Of a stretch of DNA of 64,000 nucleotides, positions 1 through 9,914 are shown piece after piece; positions within the stretch are counted from its first letter, which is position 1; the number at the start of each line of letters is the position of its first letter. Under the pieces are notes generated by a model that saw only the letters and a program-made list of their open reading frames with translations, was not told where the DNA came from and did no database searches. Made by a program: the position numbers and the translations under genes. The stretch is from a virus (lineage: Duplodnaviria; Caudoviricetes). Location: IMG/VR virus record IMGVR_UViG_3300042258_000071, positions 96,001-160,000 of that record; one strand, written 5' to 3'.

Positions 1-70
1 TTAAAATGGAAATGATGGTTAAGAAATTTGATGGGAGAGTATCACAGATGGATAATAAGGCTTTAACCTA

Positions 71-1414
71 ATGGAAGCATTCATTCCCTATTTTTTAGAT
101 AATCTACATCTGCTCTTTAAACGAGACTATCTCTTAGACCTTTTTACGATCCCAGATCGTGTGATAAGTCAAGATGGCACAACACTCATAACACAATCTC
201 CTATGTATGTGGGAAAACTTGTAGTCTTCAATGAAACGCTCCATGCCATTATAGATTATCAACCCATAGACCTTGACGATCACCTGTATCAAGTAAATCT
301 ATCCTCCCTAAATGTTCCAGATCCTAAAACAAAACCAATCTTCTCCTTTAGAGATAAAGTGCTTGTTGAAAAACACAAACTTTCCACATACACAGATGAC
401 ACCCCTCTCGTATCTACAGTTGGACTGGTTATCTGGAATTACATTGCCCTAGCAGCCCCATTTGGGGAGGTTATGCCATATATTAACACGTCGTGGAATC
501 GTAAAGTTATCGAAGATCTCCTTGCACATGCGGTGATAACCGAGACCATCTCAACTGATCAACTTATGACATGCATGAAGAATGTATACTACTTAGGACA
601 TTTCACAGAATTAGGTATTGTTGCCTTTACAAAAAAATCTCTTACAACGGATCCTGAGATCCCAAAGAGACGGGAACAACTCTTACGAGAAAACCGTGAC
701 GCCCTTCTTGCTGGAGATGCGGTCGTCATGAACAAGATTGAACAAGAACTTATCAACATGGATAAGGAGTGGGTTAAAGACGACCCTGTCATGTTGTTCT
801 ATGCTAAGAATATGGGTAAGGTCTTTAATATTCAACGTAAGAAACTCTTTGCCACAGGGGGTATGACTGAGAAGTTCGGGGATAAAGGGAACTTCGATTT
901 TGTACCCTCATCCTTGTCAGAAGGATGGGATCCTGAATATTTTGATGTTCAAGCTTCTGAGATCCGTTCAGGGTCATACTCTCGTGCAAAAGAGACCGCT
1001 ATCGGTGGTGAGGATATTAAGTTTATTCTTCGTGTTTTCCAAAATAGTCGTATTCTAGAAGAAGATTGCGAAACAACTCAATACCTCCCGGTTCATATTA
1101 CTCAAATTAATCATAAATTTTTTATGTATCGGTATATGAAAACATCTGGAAATAATCTAAAGGAACTTACAGAGGACAATATTAAATCCTTTATTGGGAA
1201 GACTATCTTGATCAGATCCCCTATGAAGTGTAAAACGGATGGGGGGTACTGCCGTACCTGTATGGGTAAAATCTTCTCAGTTCTAGATCAGAAACAGTTA
1301 GACCTTAGAGCTAATATTCTAGGAAGGTACTTCATTACGAGTTCTTTAAAGGCATTCCATGGTTCAAGCTATAGTACATTTGAAATATCCAACCTGAATG
1401 ACTTTATGTTTTAA
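71..1414 (+). CDS. Virion RNA polymerase beta' subunit, C-terminal part (phiKZ gp80-like)
   Basis: Bridge-helix-like EIRSGSYSRAKETAIGG; beta' Zn site EEDC...IRSPMKCKTDGGYCRTCMG; trigger-loop-like SSLKAFHG; ~450 aa. Confidence 0.85.
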   Translation: MEAFIPYFLDNLHLLFKRDYLLDLFTIPDRVISQDGTTLITQSPMYVGKLVVFNETLHAIIDYQPIDLDDHLYQVNLSSLNVPDPKTKPIFSFRDKVLVEKHKLSTYTDDTPLVSTVGLVIWNYIALAAPFGEVMPYINTSWNRKVIEDLLAHAVITETISTDQLMTCMKNVYYLGHFTELGIVAFTKKSLTTDPEIPKRREQLLRENRDALLAGDAVVMNKIEQELINMDKEWVKDDPVMLFYAKNMGKVFNIQRKKLFATGGMTEKFGDKGNFDFVPSSLSEGWDPEYFDVQASEIRSGSYSRAKETAIGGEDIKFILRVFQNSRILEEDCETTQYLPVHITQINHKFFMYRYMKTSGNNLKELTEDNIKSFIGKTILIRSPMKCKTDGGYCRTCMGKIFSVLDQKQLDLRANILGRYFITSSLKAFHGSSYSTFEISNLNDFMF

Positions 1415-1420
1415 AACATC

Positions 1421-1452
1421 CAGTAGGAGTGGGGATTTCCCCACTCCTACTG
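1421..1452. terminator. Inverted-repeat terminator
   Basis: CAGTAGGAGTGGGGA-TT-TCCCCACTCCTACTG just after the RNAP stop codon, T-rich downstream. Confidence 0.8.
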
Positions 1453-1497
1453 AGCATATATTTTTTAATCAATGAATATACATTATATAGTCAATGA

Positions 1498-2727
1498 TTG
1501 AGAGGATTAGATATGATTGATATCAATATGGGTCAACTTAAGATGGTAATGACCCTTAAGAAATTACCAGAACCTTACAACGTCTTTGAGTCTGCAACTG
1601 TATATCTAAATACTCATCGGAAGCGAAGAGTTATTATTTTAAAAGGAAAGAATACTGCAAAAATATGGAAGGAAACAGGATTGGCATATCGAACTACTTA
1701 TGCACGTTTTCTTTATCAAATTGATTACTGGTCTAAGTATAAAAAATTAATACCCAACGGAATGGAAGTAGACCATATTGATGACAATTCTTTAAATGAT
1801 ACACTTTCCAATTATCAATTGTTAACTACTTTTGAGAATGCTCAAAAACGAGATTTCAACAATCGTAAATACACCGAAGTATCTAAAGAACTTCTCTCTA
1901 AAATTAAGCACCTTCTTGATAAGAAGATAAGTTATGTTAAGATATCACAAAAATGCGACATCTCTCCAGGTAAGTTAAAATACATTTTAAATACTCATTT
2001 TGGATATTCTTTTCCTGAGAAGTTTAAAGGTTTCGATGATGAGAAAATTAAGAAAATGCTCAAAGAAGGAAAGTCTCATAATGAGATTGGATTTGAATTA
2101 GGAATAAGTTATTCCTCGGTTCGAAGACATATCAAAGATAAACTCCCTCCAGAGTATCACGACATGGTAGGGGGTCGTAATCGTAAAGAGGTTCTAAAAG
2201 AGATTGAGTCGCTTCTTAAGTCTGGTGAAACTAGTAATTCCGTTATTGGGAAGAAAGTTGGATATACAGATAGTAATGTCTGTATTATTATTCAAAAAGA
2301 ATTCCCTGAGTATTATAAACAAATAAAAGAAAAGGAACAGGACGATCGATCTTCTATTATCACAGCTCTTAAGTCTAAATTAGATGAATATGGGATTATG
2401 GCTAACCTAACTCAAGTTAGTAAAGATTTAAATTTAACACAACAAGTTGTACATTCTTTAGTTGAGAAGTATATTCCTGAATATTCGTTTTATGAACTTC
2501 AGAAGCGTCGTATGAAATATGTTGTAGAATTGTTTCATAAAGATGCGACTCAGAGAATATCGTATTATGTTAAAAAGTCAAAATTAGGTATAGCAACATT
2601 CTTAAAAGCACTTAGTGAAGATTGTGGATATATCAATCCTACTGGAGTACGATTCATTGAAGTTAGAGATTGCTGGTTAAGATCTAAGTTTAAAGGGGCA
2701 CTATTATCTCAGAAGGTTTTAGGGTAA
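1498..2727 (+). CDS. Free-standing HNH homing endonuclease with repeated HTH-like C-terminal modules (likely start 1513)
   Basis: EVDHIDDNSLNDTLSNYQLLTTFENAQK HNH motif; repeated HTH segments (SYVKISQKCDIS, SHNEIGFELGISYSSV, SNSVIGKKVGYT, NLTQVSKDLNLT); AT-rich; bounded by terminators on both sides. Confidence 0.8.
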   Translation: MRGLDMIDINMGQLKMVMTLKKLPEPYNVFESATVYLNTHRKRRVIILKGKNTAKIWKETGLAYRTTYARFLYQIDYWSKYKKLIPNGMEVDHIDDNSLNDTLSNYQLLTTFENAQKRDFNNRKYTEVSKELLSKIKHLLDKKISYVKISQKCDISPGKLKYILNTHFGYSFPEKFKGFDDEKIKKMLKEGKSHNEIGFELGISYSSVRRHIKDKLPPEYHDMVGGRNRKEVLKEIESLLKSGETSNSVIGKKVGYTDSNVCIIIQKEFPEYYKQIKEKEQDDRSSIITALKSKLDEYGIMANLTQVSKDLNLTQQVVHSLVEKYIPEYSFYELQKRRMKYVVELFHKDATQRISYYVKKSKLGIATFLKALSEDCGYINPTGVRFIEVRDCWLRSKFKGALLSQKVLG

Positions 2728-2729
2728 AT

Positions 2730-2755
2730 AGGGAGATGGGTTAACCCATCTCCCT
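2730..2755. terminator. Perfect palindrome, terminator
   Basis: AGGGAGATGGGTTAACCCATCTCCCT. Confidence 0.75.
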
Positions 2756-2803
2756 GTCTATTTTATGATTTATTTTTGAATCTTAAATTAAGGACCATTT
2801 TAG

Positions 2804-4855
2804 ATGTTTGAAAGTTTATATCGGTATATTGGGGTTATAAGTGTTAAAGATGTTCCTGAAGGTGTTCAGATCTCAGGTCTCCCAATAAAAACGTTTTATC
2901 CTGATATTGTAAAAGCGTGGGGAGGGACATCAGTTCCTGTTAAGTACATGCTTACCTCTAAGGGATCAAGTTCTTTTACCATCCCTAATTTCTATTTACC
3001 AGACTTTATCCATACTCTTGACATTCTTATCAACTGGGATTATCGTAAAAGACTTTATACGAAACATAATGCTTTTGTAAAGTTAAAAGACGAACTCATT
3101 AAGAAAACTTGGCTGAATAAGACACAAGTGCCTTCACCCTCTATTTTGAATTTTCAGAAGTTATCGAATTTAAGATGGTCTCCACTTTCTCACCAGAATG
3201 ATTATTTAAAAGAGTTTGATAACGTTGTTCCGGCTTATAACTTAAAAGGTCTTCTTCTTTCTGCAGAGCCAGGTTCTGGTAAAACATTTACATTTATGAT
3301 GTTAGCAGAAGCCTTAGAGCGTAAGGTAAAGATATGTATTGTCCCTCAGAATTCTGTAAAGAAAGTATGGGAAGATACAGTTCTTAAAGTTTATAAGAAC
3401 CCTCAAAAATACTGGCATTCACTATCTGGAGATCCCCTAATTTTAGGGAAGGATTATTATATTCTTCACTATGAATATCTTCCTAAGTTCTTAGAGTTTG
3501 TTAAAACCAATTTACAATTTTTCAGAAATCGCCCTATCATTAGTGTCGATGAGTGTCATAATTTTAATGAGATCAAATCTCTAAGGACACAACATCTTGT
3601 TACTCTACATAAACTTCTTTGGAATGACATGTACACCTGCTTCATGAGCGGGAGTCCCATTAAAGCGATGGGACGTGAGATTATACCATTCTTAAAATGT
3701 AGCGACCCTTATTTTGATACTGTATCTGAAGATAAGTTTGTTAAGATATTTGGATTGAGTTCTGTTCGTGCATTAGAAATCCTGTCTGCCCGTATTGCGC
3801 GCATCACCTTTAAAGTGGATGAAAGTGTGGTCACTGGAGATAAGCCACCCATTTTAAAAGAACTCCATGTTAAATTACCAGTGAGTGATAAATATCTCCT
3901 CTCCACCATACGTCAAGATGTTGGAGTATACGTTGAAGAACGATCTGCGTATTATCGGGAATACATGGACGATATGATCTCGCGATATGGAGAAATTCTA
4001 GATCTATTTGAAGCAACCCTAACAACTGATCGAGAAAAAGAGGATTATCAGAAATATCGAGCATATGCTAATCTTATACGGTATCATTACGACATGATAC
4101 TTCATAAAGCAGAAGCAGCCTACTGCTCCCAATATGAAGAGCGTATTATTATCCCAACATTAAATTCTAATGATAAAAAAGAATTCCGGAAGATCAAAGG
4201 GGTTTACAAATATGTGAACCTTGTTATCATTGGGGAAGCACTTGGAAACATTGTTGGGAAGAGACGTCAGGAATGTTTTACCGAGATTGCCAATCATGCT
4301 GACATTGTACCCATCATATCTGAAGCAGCTAAAAAGACAGTATGTTTCACGGAATACATAGAGACTCTTAAAATCCTTAATCAGAGACTTCTTAAAGAAG
4401 GGTATAAAACTGAAATGGTGTATGGGGATACGAACAAGGATGTTGATAAGATCGTAGATAGATTTACACAAGATCCTACAATGAATCCTTTATGTGCAAC
4501 ATTTAAGTCGCTTTCTACAGCAGTTCCTATTCTCGCCGCTAATACTGTTATTTTTATGAACTCACCCTTTAGACATCACATTCGAAAACAGGCTATTGCC
4601 CGCGTTGCGAGATTAGGTCAGACCGAACAAACTTACGTTTATGACGTCATATTAGACACTGGAGGTGAACCTAATATTTCGACACGTTCGATGGACATCG
4701 CAGAGTGGTCTAAAGATATGGTTGACGTTATGTTCGGGGGCGCTAAGCTTGACACCCATGAAGAAGAGCTTGTACTTGGTATGGTGACAGGTAACCTGAA
4801 ATATAAAACAGCTCTTAGCAAACTCACTTCTCGTGTTATATCTTTCTTTAAATGA
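2804..4855 (+). CDS. SF2 (SNF2-like) helicase, phiKZ gp203-like
   Basis: Walker A AEPGSGKT, DECH box, motif III MSGSP, motif VI QAIARVARLGQ. Confidence 0.88.
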   Translation: MFESLYRYIGVISVKDVPEGVQISGLPIKTFYPDIVKAWGGTSVPVKYMLTSKGSSSFTIPNFYLPDFIHTLDILINWDYRKRLYTKHNAFVKLKDELIKKTWLNKTQVPSPSILNFQKLSNLRWSPLSHQNDYLKEFDNVVPAYNLKGLLLSAEPGSGKTFTFMMLAEALERKVKICIVPQNSVKKVWEDTVLKVYKNPQKYWHSLSGDPLILGKDYYILHYEYLPKFLEFVKTNLQFFRNRPIISVDECHNFNEIKSLRTQHLVTLHKLLWNDMYTCFMSGSPIKAMGREIIPFLKCSDPYFDTVSEDKFVKIFGLSSVRALEILSARIARITFKVDESVVTGDKPPILKELHVKLPVSDKYLLSTIRQDVGVYVEERSAYYREYMDDMISRYGEILDLFEATLTTDREKEDYQKYRAYANLIRYHYDMILHKAEAAYCSQYEERIIIPTLNSNDKKEFRKIKGVYKYVNLVIIGEALGNIVGKRRQECFTEIANHADIVPIISEAAKKTVCFTEYIETLKILNQRLLKEGYKTEMVYGDTNKDVDKIVDRFTQDPTMNPLCATFKSLSTAVPILAANTVIFMNSPFRHHIRKQAIARVARLGQTEQTYVYDVILDTGGEPNISTRSMDIAEWSKDMVDVMFGGAKLDTHEEELVLGMVTGNLKYKTALSKLTSRVISFFK

Positions 4856-4869
4856 TTCAAAATAGGATG

Positions 4870-4899
4870 GAGAGAAGGGTGATTAATCACCCTTCTCTC
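4870..4899. terminator. Perfect palindrome, terminator
   Basis: GAGAGAAGGGTGATTAATCACCCTTCTCTC. Confidence 0.75.
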
Positions 4900-4958
4900 T
4901 ATTATCTTTCTATATATCTCCCCTATGAAATAGATCAATCTGATGGGACAGGATTTAG

Positions 4959-5432
4959 ATGAAAACCATTACCATTCGCCCCGCTCATCCATTTTTTGGG
5001 TATTATAGGGGTGTCATTTATAGTGACCATGAAGGTCAGAAAGTTATAGATCTCATCCCTCCAAGAAGTACCTCTAAAAATAAAAGACAAGTGAAGCAAA
5101 AGACTATTCCATATTTTCACTATGTTGCACAATGCTTCATATATAAGTCTTGTGGGTATATCTTAAGTCCTGATGATCTCATTTTTATTAAGAATGGTGA
5201 CATTGCAGATCATAGACCTGGCAATCTTATTGGCTTAAGGCATTATCGTAATGCCCTTAAGTCGTCAACCCCGTATCTGTCACATAGTCCAGATGTGTTA
5301 GTAACTTATGATCTTGAAGATACAGGATCTTTTACGTATAATGAGAAATTAGCTAATTTGAGTATTCTACCAGATACCCTTAAGTGTAATAGGGGTCTAC
5401 TTATTCCAGTTTTGGCTGAAAATTATCTCTAA
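4959..5432 (+). CDS. Hypothetical protein with degenerate HNH-like motif
   Basis: YFHYVAQ...LIFIKNGDIADHRPGNL resembles HNH 'VxHxNGDxxDNRxxNL' but lacks the first His. Confidence 0.45.
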   Translation: MKTITIRPAHPFFGYYRGVIYSDHEGQKVIDLIPPRSTSKNKRQVKQKTIPYFHYVAQCFIYKSCGYILSPDDLIFIKNGDIADHRPGNLIGLRHYRNALKSSTPYLSHSPDVLVTYDLEDTGSFTYNEKLANLSILPDTLKCNRGLLIPVLAENYL

Positions 5433-5448
5433 TCCTATAGGTGTAAAA

Positions 5449-6228
5449 GTGTCTTTCTGGCACCTATTTCGAGATAAAGGATATCGGGTAATGACTAAAC
5501 GAAAAAGGGCGAAACCAATGACGCACTCTGAAAACACGACCTCCGTTAAGAAGACTGAAGACGACACTGTGAAGACCTCTGAAGTTAAGGCATCTCTTCC
5601 TGATCAGGATACTCTAGCAGAAGAAGTATATAAACACGCTGATACGGAAGAGTTCTCTGAGGAAACTCAGGATGTCAGTGATAACTCATCAGACTCTGGA
5701 GATGAGACTGAACCTGTCAAGATCGACGAGGATCCGGTTGATATGAAATTCCAGGTTCCTGTATCGTCGGCAGAGTCCTCAACTGAAGCGCCTACTGAGG
5801 AACCCCGGATTCTTAAGATTCGTGCGGAGCTCAGCCGATATAAAGAATTGATGGGTCGTCTCGTTATCTCGAATCCCAAAGATTTGCAGGCTGGCGCTAA
5901 ATCTCTAAGTTATCTCCTTCATCTACCTATCATCACAAAAGATCCTGAACTTCGCAAGAAAATGATTGAAGAACTTCTCAAGTTCTTTATTGCTGAAAAG
6001 GATGGTCTTGCAAAGGAGAATTCCCTGTTCAGGGGGTTTGATGCTCTTGAAAAAGATGTCACGCAGCGTGCATCTATGATTGCAACCATCTTTCGCATGA
6101 AAACGACCGGGCGTAGTAACGAAGCTATTAATGAAAAGTTTTTTATCACCTCCTTTAAGAAGGTTACTAATGCCGATCCTGTTGGGTTTCTACAATACTT
6201 TGAACTCCGCAGGAAGGGTATGAAATAA
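5449..6228 (+). CDS. Hypothetical protein with acidic low-complexity N-terminus (true start may be downstream, ~5518)
   Basis: Long ORF ending at a terminator; acidic disordered N-half. Confidence 0.65.
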   Translation: MSFWHLFRDKGYRVMTKRKRAKPMTHSENTTSVKKTEDDTVKTSEVKASLPDQDTLAEEVYKHADTEEFSEETQDVSDNSSDSGDETEPVKIDEDPVDMKFQVPVSSAESSTEAPTEEPRILKIRAELSRYKELMGRLVISNPKDLQAGAKSLSYLLHLPIITKDPELRKKMIEELLKFFIAEKDGLAKENSLFRGFDALEKDVTQRASMIATIFRMKTTGRSNEAINEKFFITSFKKVTNADPVGFLQYFELRRKGMK

Positions 6229-6250
6229 CCCCTACATACACATACGAAAT

Positions 6251-6285
6251 AGATAAGAGAGGGGCATTTTGCCCCTCTCTTATCT
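6251..6285. terminator. Bidirectional terminator between convergent genes
   Basis: AGATAAGAGAGGGGCA-TTT-TGCCCCTCTCTTATCT. Confidence 0.8.
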
Positions 6286-6297
6286 TTCTATGTTTTA

Positions 6298-6771
6298 TCA
6301 TCCGAGGTGATACGGATCTTCTCGAAGTTCTGTATCTTTAATAGGGTCATCGGATCCATCAATTTCAGATTCGAGATCAACCATCATTCTGTCAGATTCA
6401 TCTTTGAAAGTTGTGGTCATCCGCTCGATCGGGGATCGTGCAAGCATTTCAGTGACGATCTCTGCCATACTTTGTGCAGTGTCTGTATCTTTCTTCTTAA
6501 GTTTAAGAGATGCTCGTTTGAACTCAGCAGCTTCAGCATCTTTGACAAGTGCGAGTGCCGTGTTCACAGCAGATAATCGACCACTAGCATCTGCGAGTCC
6601 TTCAGGTTTTTTAGTGAAGTCTGTTGCATTAATAAGATCAGTTACTTTATTGAGAAGGAACCGTCGAACATCTTGAGATTCATCAACAACATTATCATGT
6701 CTCTGAAGATCTTCATCAAGAGATGTAAAAGCGATCGCTCTCACAGCCGATTCTGTTGGCATAATGGTCAT
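6298..6771 (-). CDS. Hypothetical helical protein
   Basis: 157-aa ORF, GGAGG RBS upstream on the minus strand, ends at the terminator. Confidence 0.75.
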   Translation of the reverse strand: MTIMPTESAVRAIAFTSLDEDLQRHDNVVDESQDVRRFLLNKVTDLINATDFTKKPEGLADASGRLSAVNTALALVKDAEAAEFKRASLKLKKKDTDTAQSMAEIVTEMLARSPIERMTTTFKDESDRMMVDLESEIDGSDDPIKDTELREDPYHLG

Positions 6772-6916
6772 AGTGTCAAGACCTCCAGTAGTATAATCTT
6801 AATAAATTACTTAACGTAAAATTGTGATAGAAAATGATGTCCATATTGGGACCATTCGCTATACTATCATAAAACCCTGCACGCAGGGTAGGTTTTACTC
6901 ACACTTATTTCAGCTA

Positions 6917-6931
6917 TATATAACTACTGTG
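6917..6931 (+). promoter_or_regulatory. Phage early-type promoter (variant) for the topoisomerase genes
   Basis: TATATAAC-tactg-TG matches the window consensus TATATTAC-N5-TG. Confidence 0.5.
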
Positions 6932-6980
6932 ATGTCTCTTTAATAAAAGTTTATAGGACCTCCTGATCTTATGTGGTCGT

Positions 6981-8657
6981 ATGAATTTGTTAAGTTATTT
7001 ACCTCAAAATAAAGGAAAAAGGTTACCCATGACCGAGTTAGACCTTTCCTATGAAGATGGCAGTATCGCAACGCTTAAAGGTCTTGCGATCATGCGACAG
7101 TCTCCTTCTGCATATCTTCCAGATGCCGAGCATCGGGGTATCTCTCATCTTATTATTGAAGCTCTTGATAACTCTGGTGACGAAGTTCTTTTAAAAGGGG
7201 AACATGGTCAGATTGAAGTTATGTTGTGCCCTGACCCTAAACGTCAAACTGTACAAGTTATCATTGGGGATAATGGACGTGGTATCCCTCTTGGGGACAT
7301 GTGGCGTGCTCTTACACAGCCAAGTTCTTCTGGTAAATTTAACCCTAAAGGAGGCGCTTACCAGTATAGCTCTGGGCAATTCGGTGTCGGGGGTAAAGTT
7401 ACAGCAGGACTGTCCCAAGATTATCGTGCCATCAGTTATCGTGGTAAAGATGGATATGGATCTCTCCATGTTCACAAAGGGGACCATCCAGATGAGAATG
7501 TGTGGACTAAGAAGTATCTCCATCGTGACATCAAGACCGATCGAACAGGTGTTCTTACCATACTGGAGCCCGACTCCGACATTTTCACAGGGGTAGAGTC
7601 TTATTGCCCTGAAGGATGGTTTGCACTTATTGAGCGTATGAAAAAGTATGCATTCTTTCACCCTCTAACCAATATTAAATTTTATCAATCCTCAAAACCC
7701 CTCCCATCAAATGTATGGACTGTAGATCTAAGTGGTATTGATAAGATTCTAAAAGATACGATTGCAAACTCTGCGATCATTTTTGACTCTCGTACATTTG
7801 ATCGTGAGTCATGGCTGAACAATTATCTTGGGGTAAGTAAGCCCTTCGTGTGGAGCCATCATTTCATAAAACATGCCGAACCACCCAATGATAGTCTGAT
7901 GTGTGATATCCGTATACTGTATCATGATAAGGACACTGCAGCAGCTAAACTTGGGATGGTTAATTCGGTTCCTATTGACCACGGTTCTAGTAATCACATT
8001 TCAGAGCTCCTTTCCACGCTTAAAGAGAGACTTGAAACTCAGATCTCAGATAAAGCTATTCGGACGTTTTTTAAAGAGACCTACCGTCTCCCAATTTATC
8101 TTACTGTAAACGTTAAATATCAAGGTGCTAAATTTAGTGGGACAACAAAGGATGCATTCTTCTCTCAAAAATTTAGGGATGACTACAACGAGTATCTAAA
8201 CCAGTACTTCACAAAGACAGCAGAGGGTAAGGCCTCCATTGAGGAGTTGTATGCTCTTTTAGAACCTGATATTACTGAAAAATATCTTGCGTCTATAAAT
8301 GGGGCGTCTGTTGTTAAAGTTGAAAACCGTCTCTTTAAAGATCTTGCGAACCCTAATAAGTTTGCAAACTGCTTTGCTAAAGATCGTAGTGAAGCAACGC
8401 TTTTTCTTGTAGAGGGGGATTCTGCTGGTCGTGGGGTTGCTAAACTTCGTGATGGGGAGACGATGGGGATTTACTATATGAAAGGTAAATCTCTTAATGG
8501 TTTTGCCAAATGGGGTCGGGATCAAATTTCTCGTGAGATCCGTAAAAAGAAGTATGGGACGTATCACGATATCCTTAAAATTCTGAAACTCGATCCTGAT
8601 AACCCTAATCTTAATAGTCTCTATTATAACAAACTCGTAATAATGACAGACGCAGAT
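6981..8657 (+). CDS. gyrB: Type IIA topoisomerase subunit B (GyrB/ParE-like), exon 1 (likely start 7029)
   Basis: GHKL motifs EALDNSGDE, DNGRGIP, SSGKF, GQFGVGG; TOPRIM LVEGDSAG, MKGKSLN; reading frame ends mid-motif at IMTDAD. Confidence 0.92.
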
Positions 8658-9020
8658 TAAAGAATTATAGTCCACCTGATTAGAAATAATCATAGTGAAT
8701 CTTCCTTAATTGCTGGAAAGTCCTAAAGCCACATGCACTACAACGTAGTTGGAAACGACAAGCGTGATAGTTCAAAAAGCATATGGATATATGGACGATC
8801 AGCAGCGAAGCGCCTTATACATGTCGTGATGACAGCAGTGTGGTGAACGTTCAACGACTAACCGGTTGCGCGGAGTAGGGGTCAAGGGACCTCGAAATAG
8901 GAAGCATCTAAGAGTCCTTAAGGATTTAGGATGAAGATATAGTCTCGGCATATGAGGAAACCTCATAGCAGTGCTTAAGTGCACGGGTAGAGTGACAACC
9001 TAACTTTACTGAAGATATCG
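8658..9020 (+). mobile_element. Group I intron (IA2-like, no ORF), 363 nt
   Basis: P AATTGCTGGAAA (8708), Q ATCAGCAG (8798), R GTTCAACGACTAA (8849), S AAGATATAGTCT (8934); P3 CTTCC/GGAAG; P1 GAU|UA pairs with UAGUC giving a U.G at the 5' splice site; terminal G at 9020; splicing restores MTDAD|SHGKHI in frame. Confidence 0.93.
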
Positions 9021-9914
9021 TCCCATGGGAAACATATCGCCTCCATCATCACAGGTAATATGTACGCCCTCTGTCCTGAGTTTGTAGAAGCAGGGAAACT
9101 CTTTGTGGTAACACCTCCTTATTACAAAATTCAATATAAGAAAGGTGATAAGGATAAAGCTCACTACATTAAAGATTATAATGATCTTGTGTTATGGTTT
9201 TGTGATCATGTTTATCGTCCAACCTTCAATATAAAGCTTGGGCATGTTCACCCGAACCCTAAAAATTTAAATAAGCGGGTCGAAACAATTCACGACTTAA
9301 ATGATCATCCAGAGGTGTTCGATGCTTTTATGCGAAACATTCTCACCTTTGGAGAGATCCTCATAAACCTAAGCCAAGAGCTCATGATAAACGCCCTTAT
9401 TCTTGAGAAGCTTACTTATATTTCGTACTATCTTGATGTTCACACCGTAGACCCCATTGCTATTAAACACATCCTATGTGCTGATGATGTCAGATATGAC
9501 GATGTTGGACACATCATCACCTTAACTTATGGCAGAGATGATTATGTCATTCCTCTTTTTAAAGTTAAGGAACGTCTAACAGATGAGCTTCTTCCTCTTT
9601 TAAACCGTATGAGATGGAAAGATCTGAGATTATATATTACTGCTAAGCGGTATAATGGCCTTAAAGATCAAGTCATGTCTCTTGGGGAATTTTATTCCCT
9701 TCTTAAAGGATTTGAGAAAGACTTTAAGATTGAGAAGCTCAAAGGTCTTGGCACCATGGAGCCCCAAGATACATACCAGACATGTATGGACCCAAGATAC
9801 CGGACCATGTATCAGATTACCTCTGTGAAGGATGTTAATTTGATATGGGATCTTCTGGGGAAAAACAGTGATAAACGAAAGAACCTGCTCATTGACCAGA
9901 CCATTAGAATTTGA
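9021..9914 (+). CDS. gyrB: Type IIA topoisomerase subunit B, exon 2
   Basis: SHGKHIASII..., GKLFVVTPPYY, KLKGLGTM, CMDPRYR, C-terminal DKRK; spliced product ~840 aa from 7029. Confidence 0.92.
   Translation, partial: SHGKHIASIITGNMYALCPEFVEAGKLFVVTPPYYKIQYKKGDKDKAHYIKDYNDLVLWFCDHVYRPTFNIKLGHVHPNPKNLNKRVETIHDLNDHPEVFDAFMRNILTFGEILINLSQELMINALILEKLTYISYYLDVHTVDPIAIKHILCADDVRYDDVGHIITLTYGRDDYVIPLFKVKERLTDELLPLLNRMRWKDLRLYITAKRYNGLKDQVMSLGEFYSLLKGFEKDFKIEKLKGLGTMEPQDTYQTCMDPRYRTMYQITSVKDVNLIWDLLGKNSDKRKNLLIDQTIRI

Noticed and set aside
8658-8660. Stop-codon readthrough, recoding or ribosomal bypass to explain the split gyrB
   Set aside because: A complete group I intron core with correct splice-site features explains the break, and other genes end normally at TAA/TAG/TGA
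8799-8984. 61-aa minus-strand ORF as an intron-encoded endonuclease
   Set aside because: Antisense to the ribozyme core, with no nuclease motif
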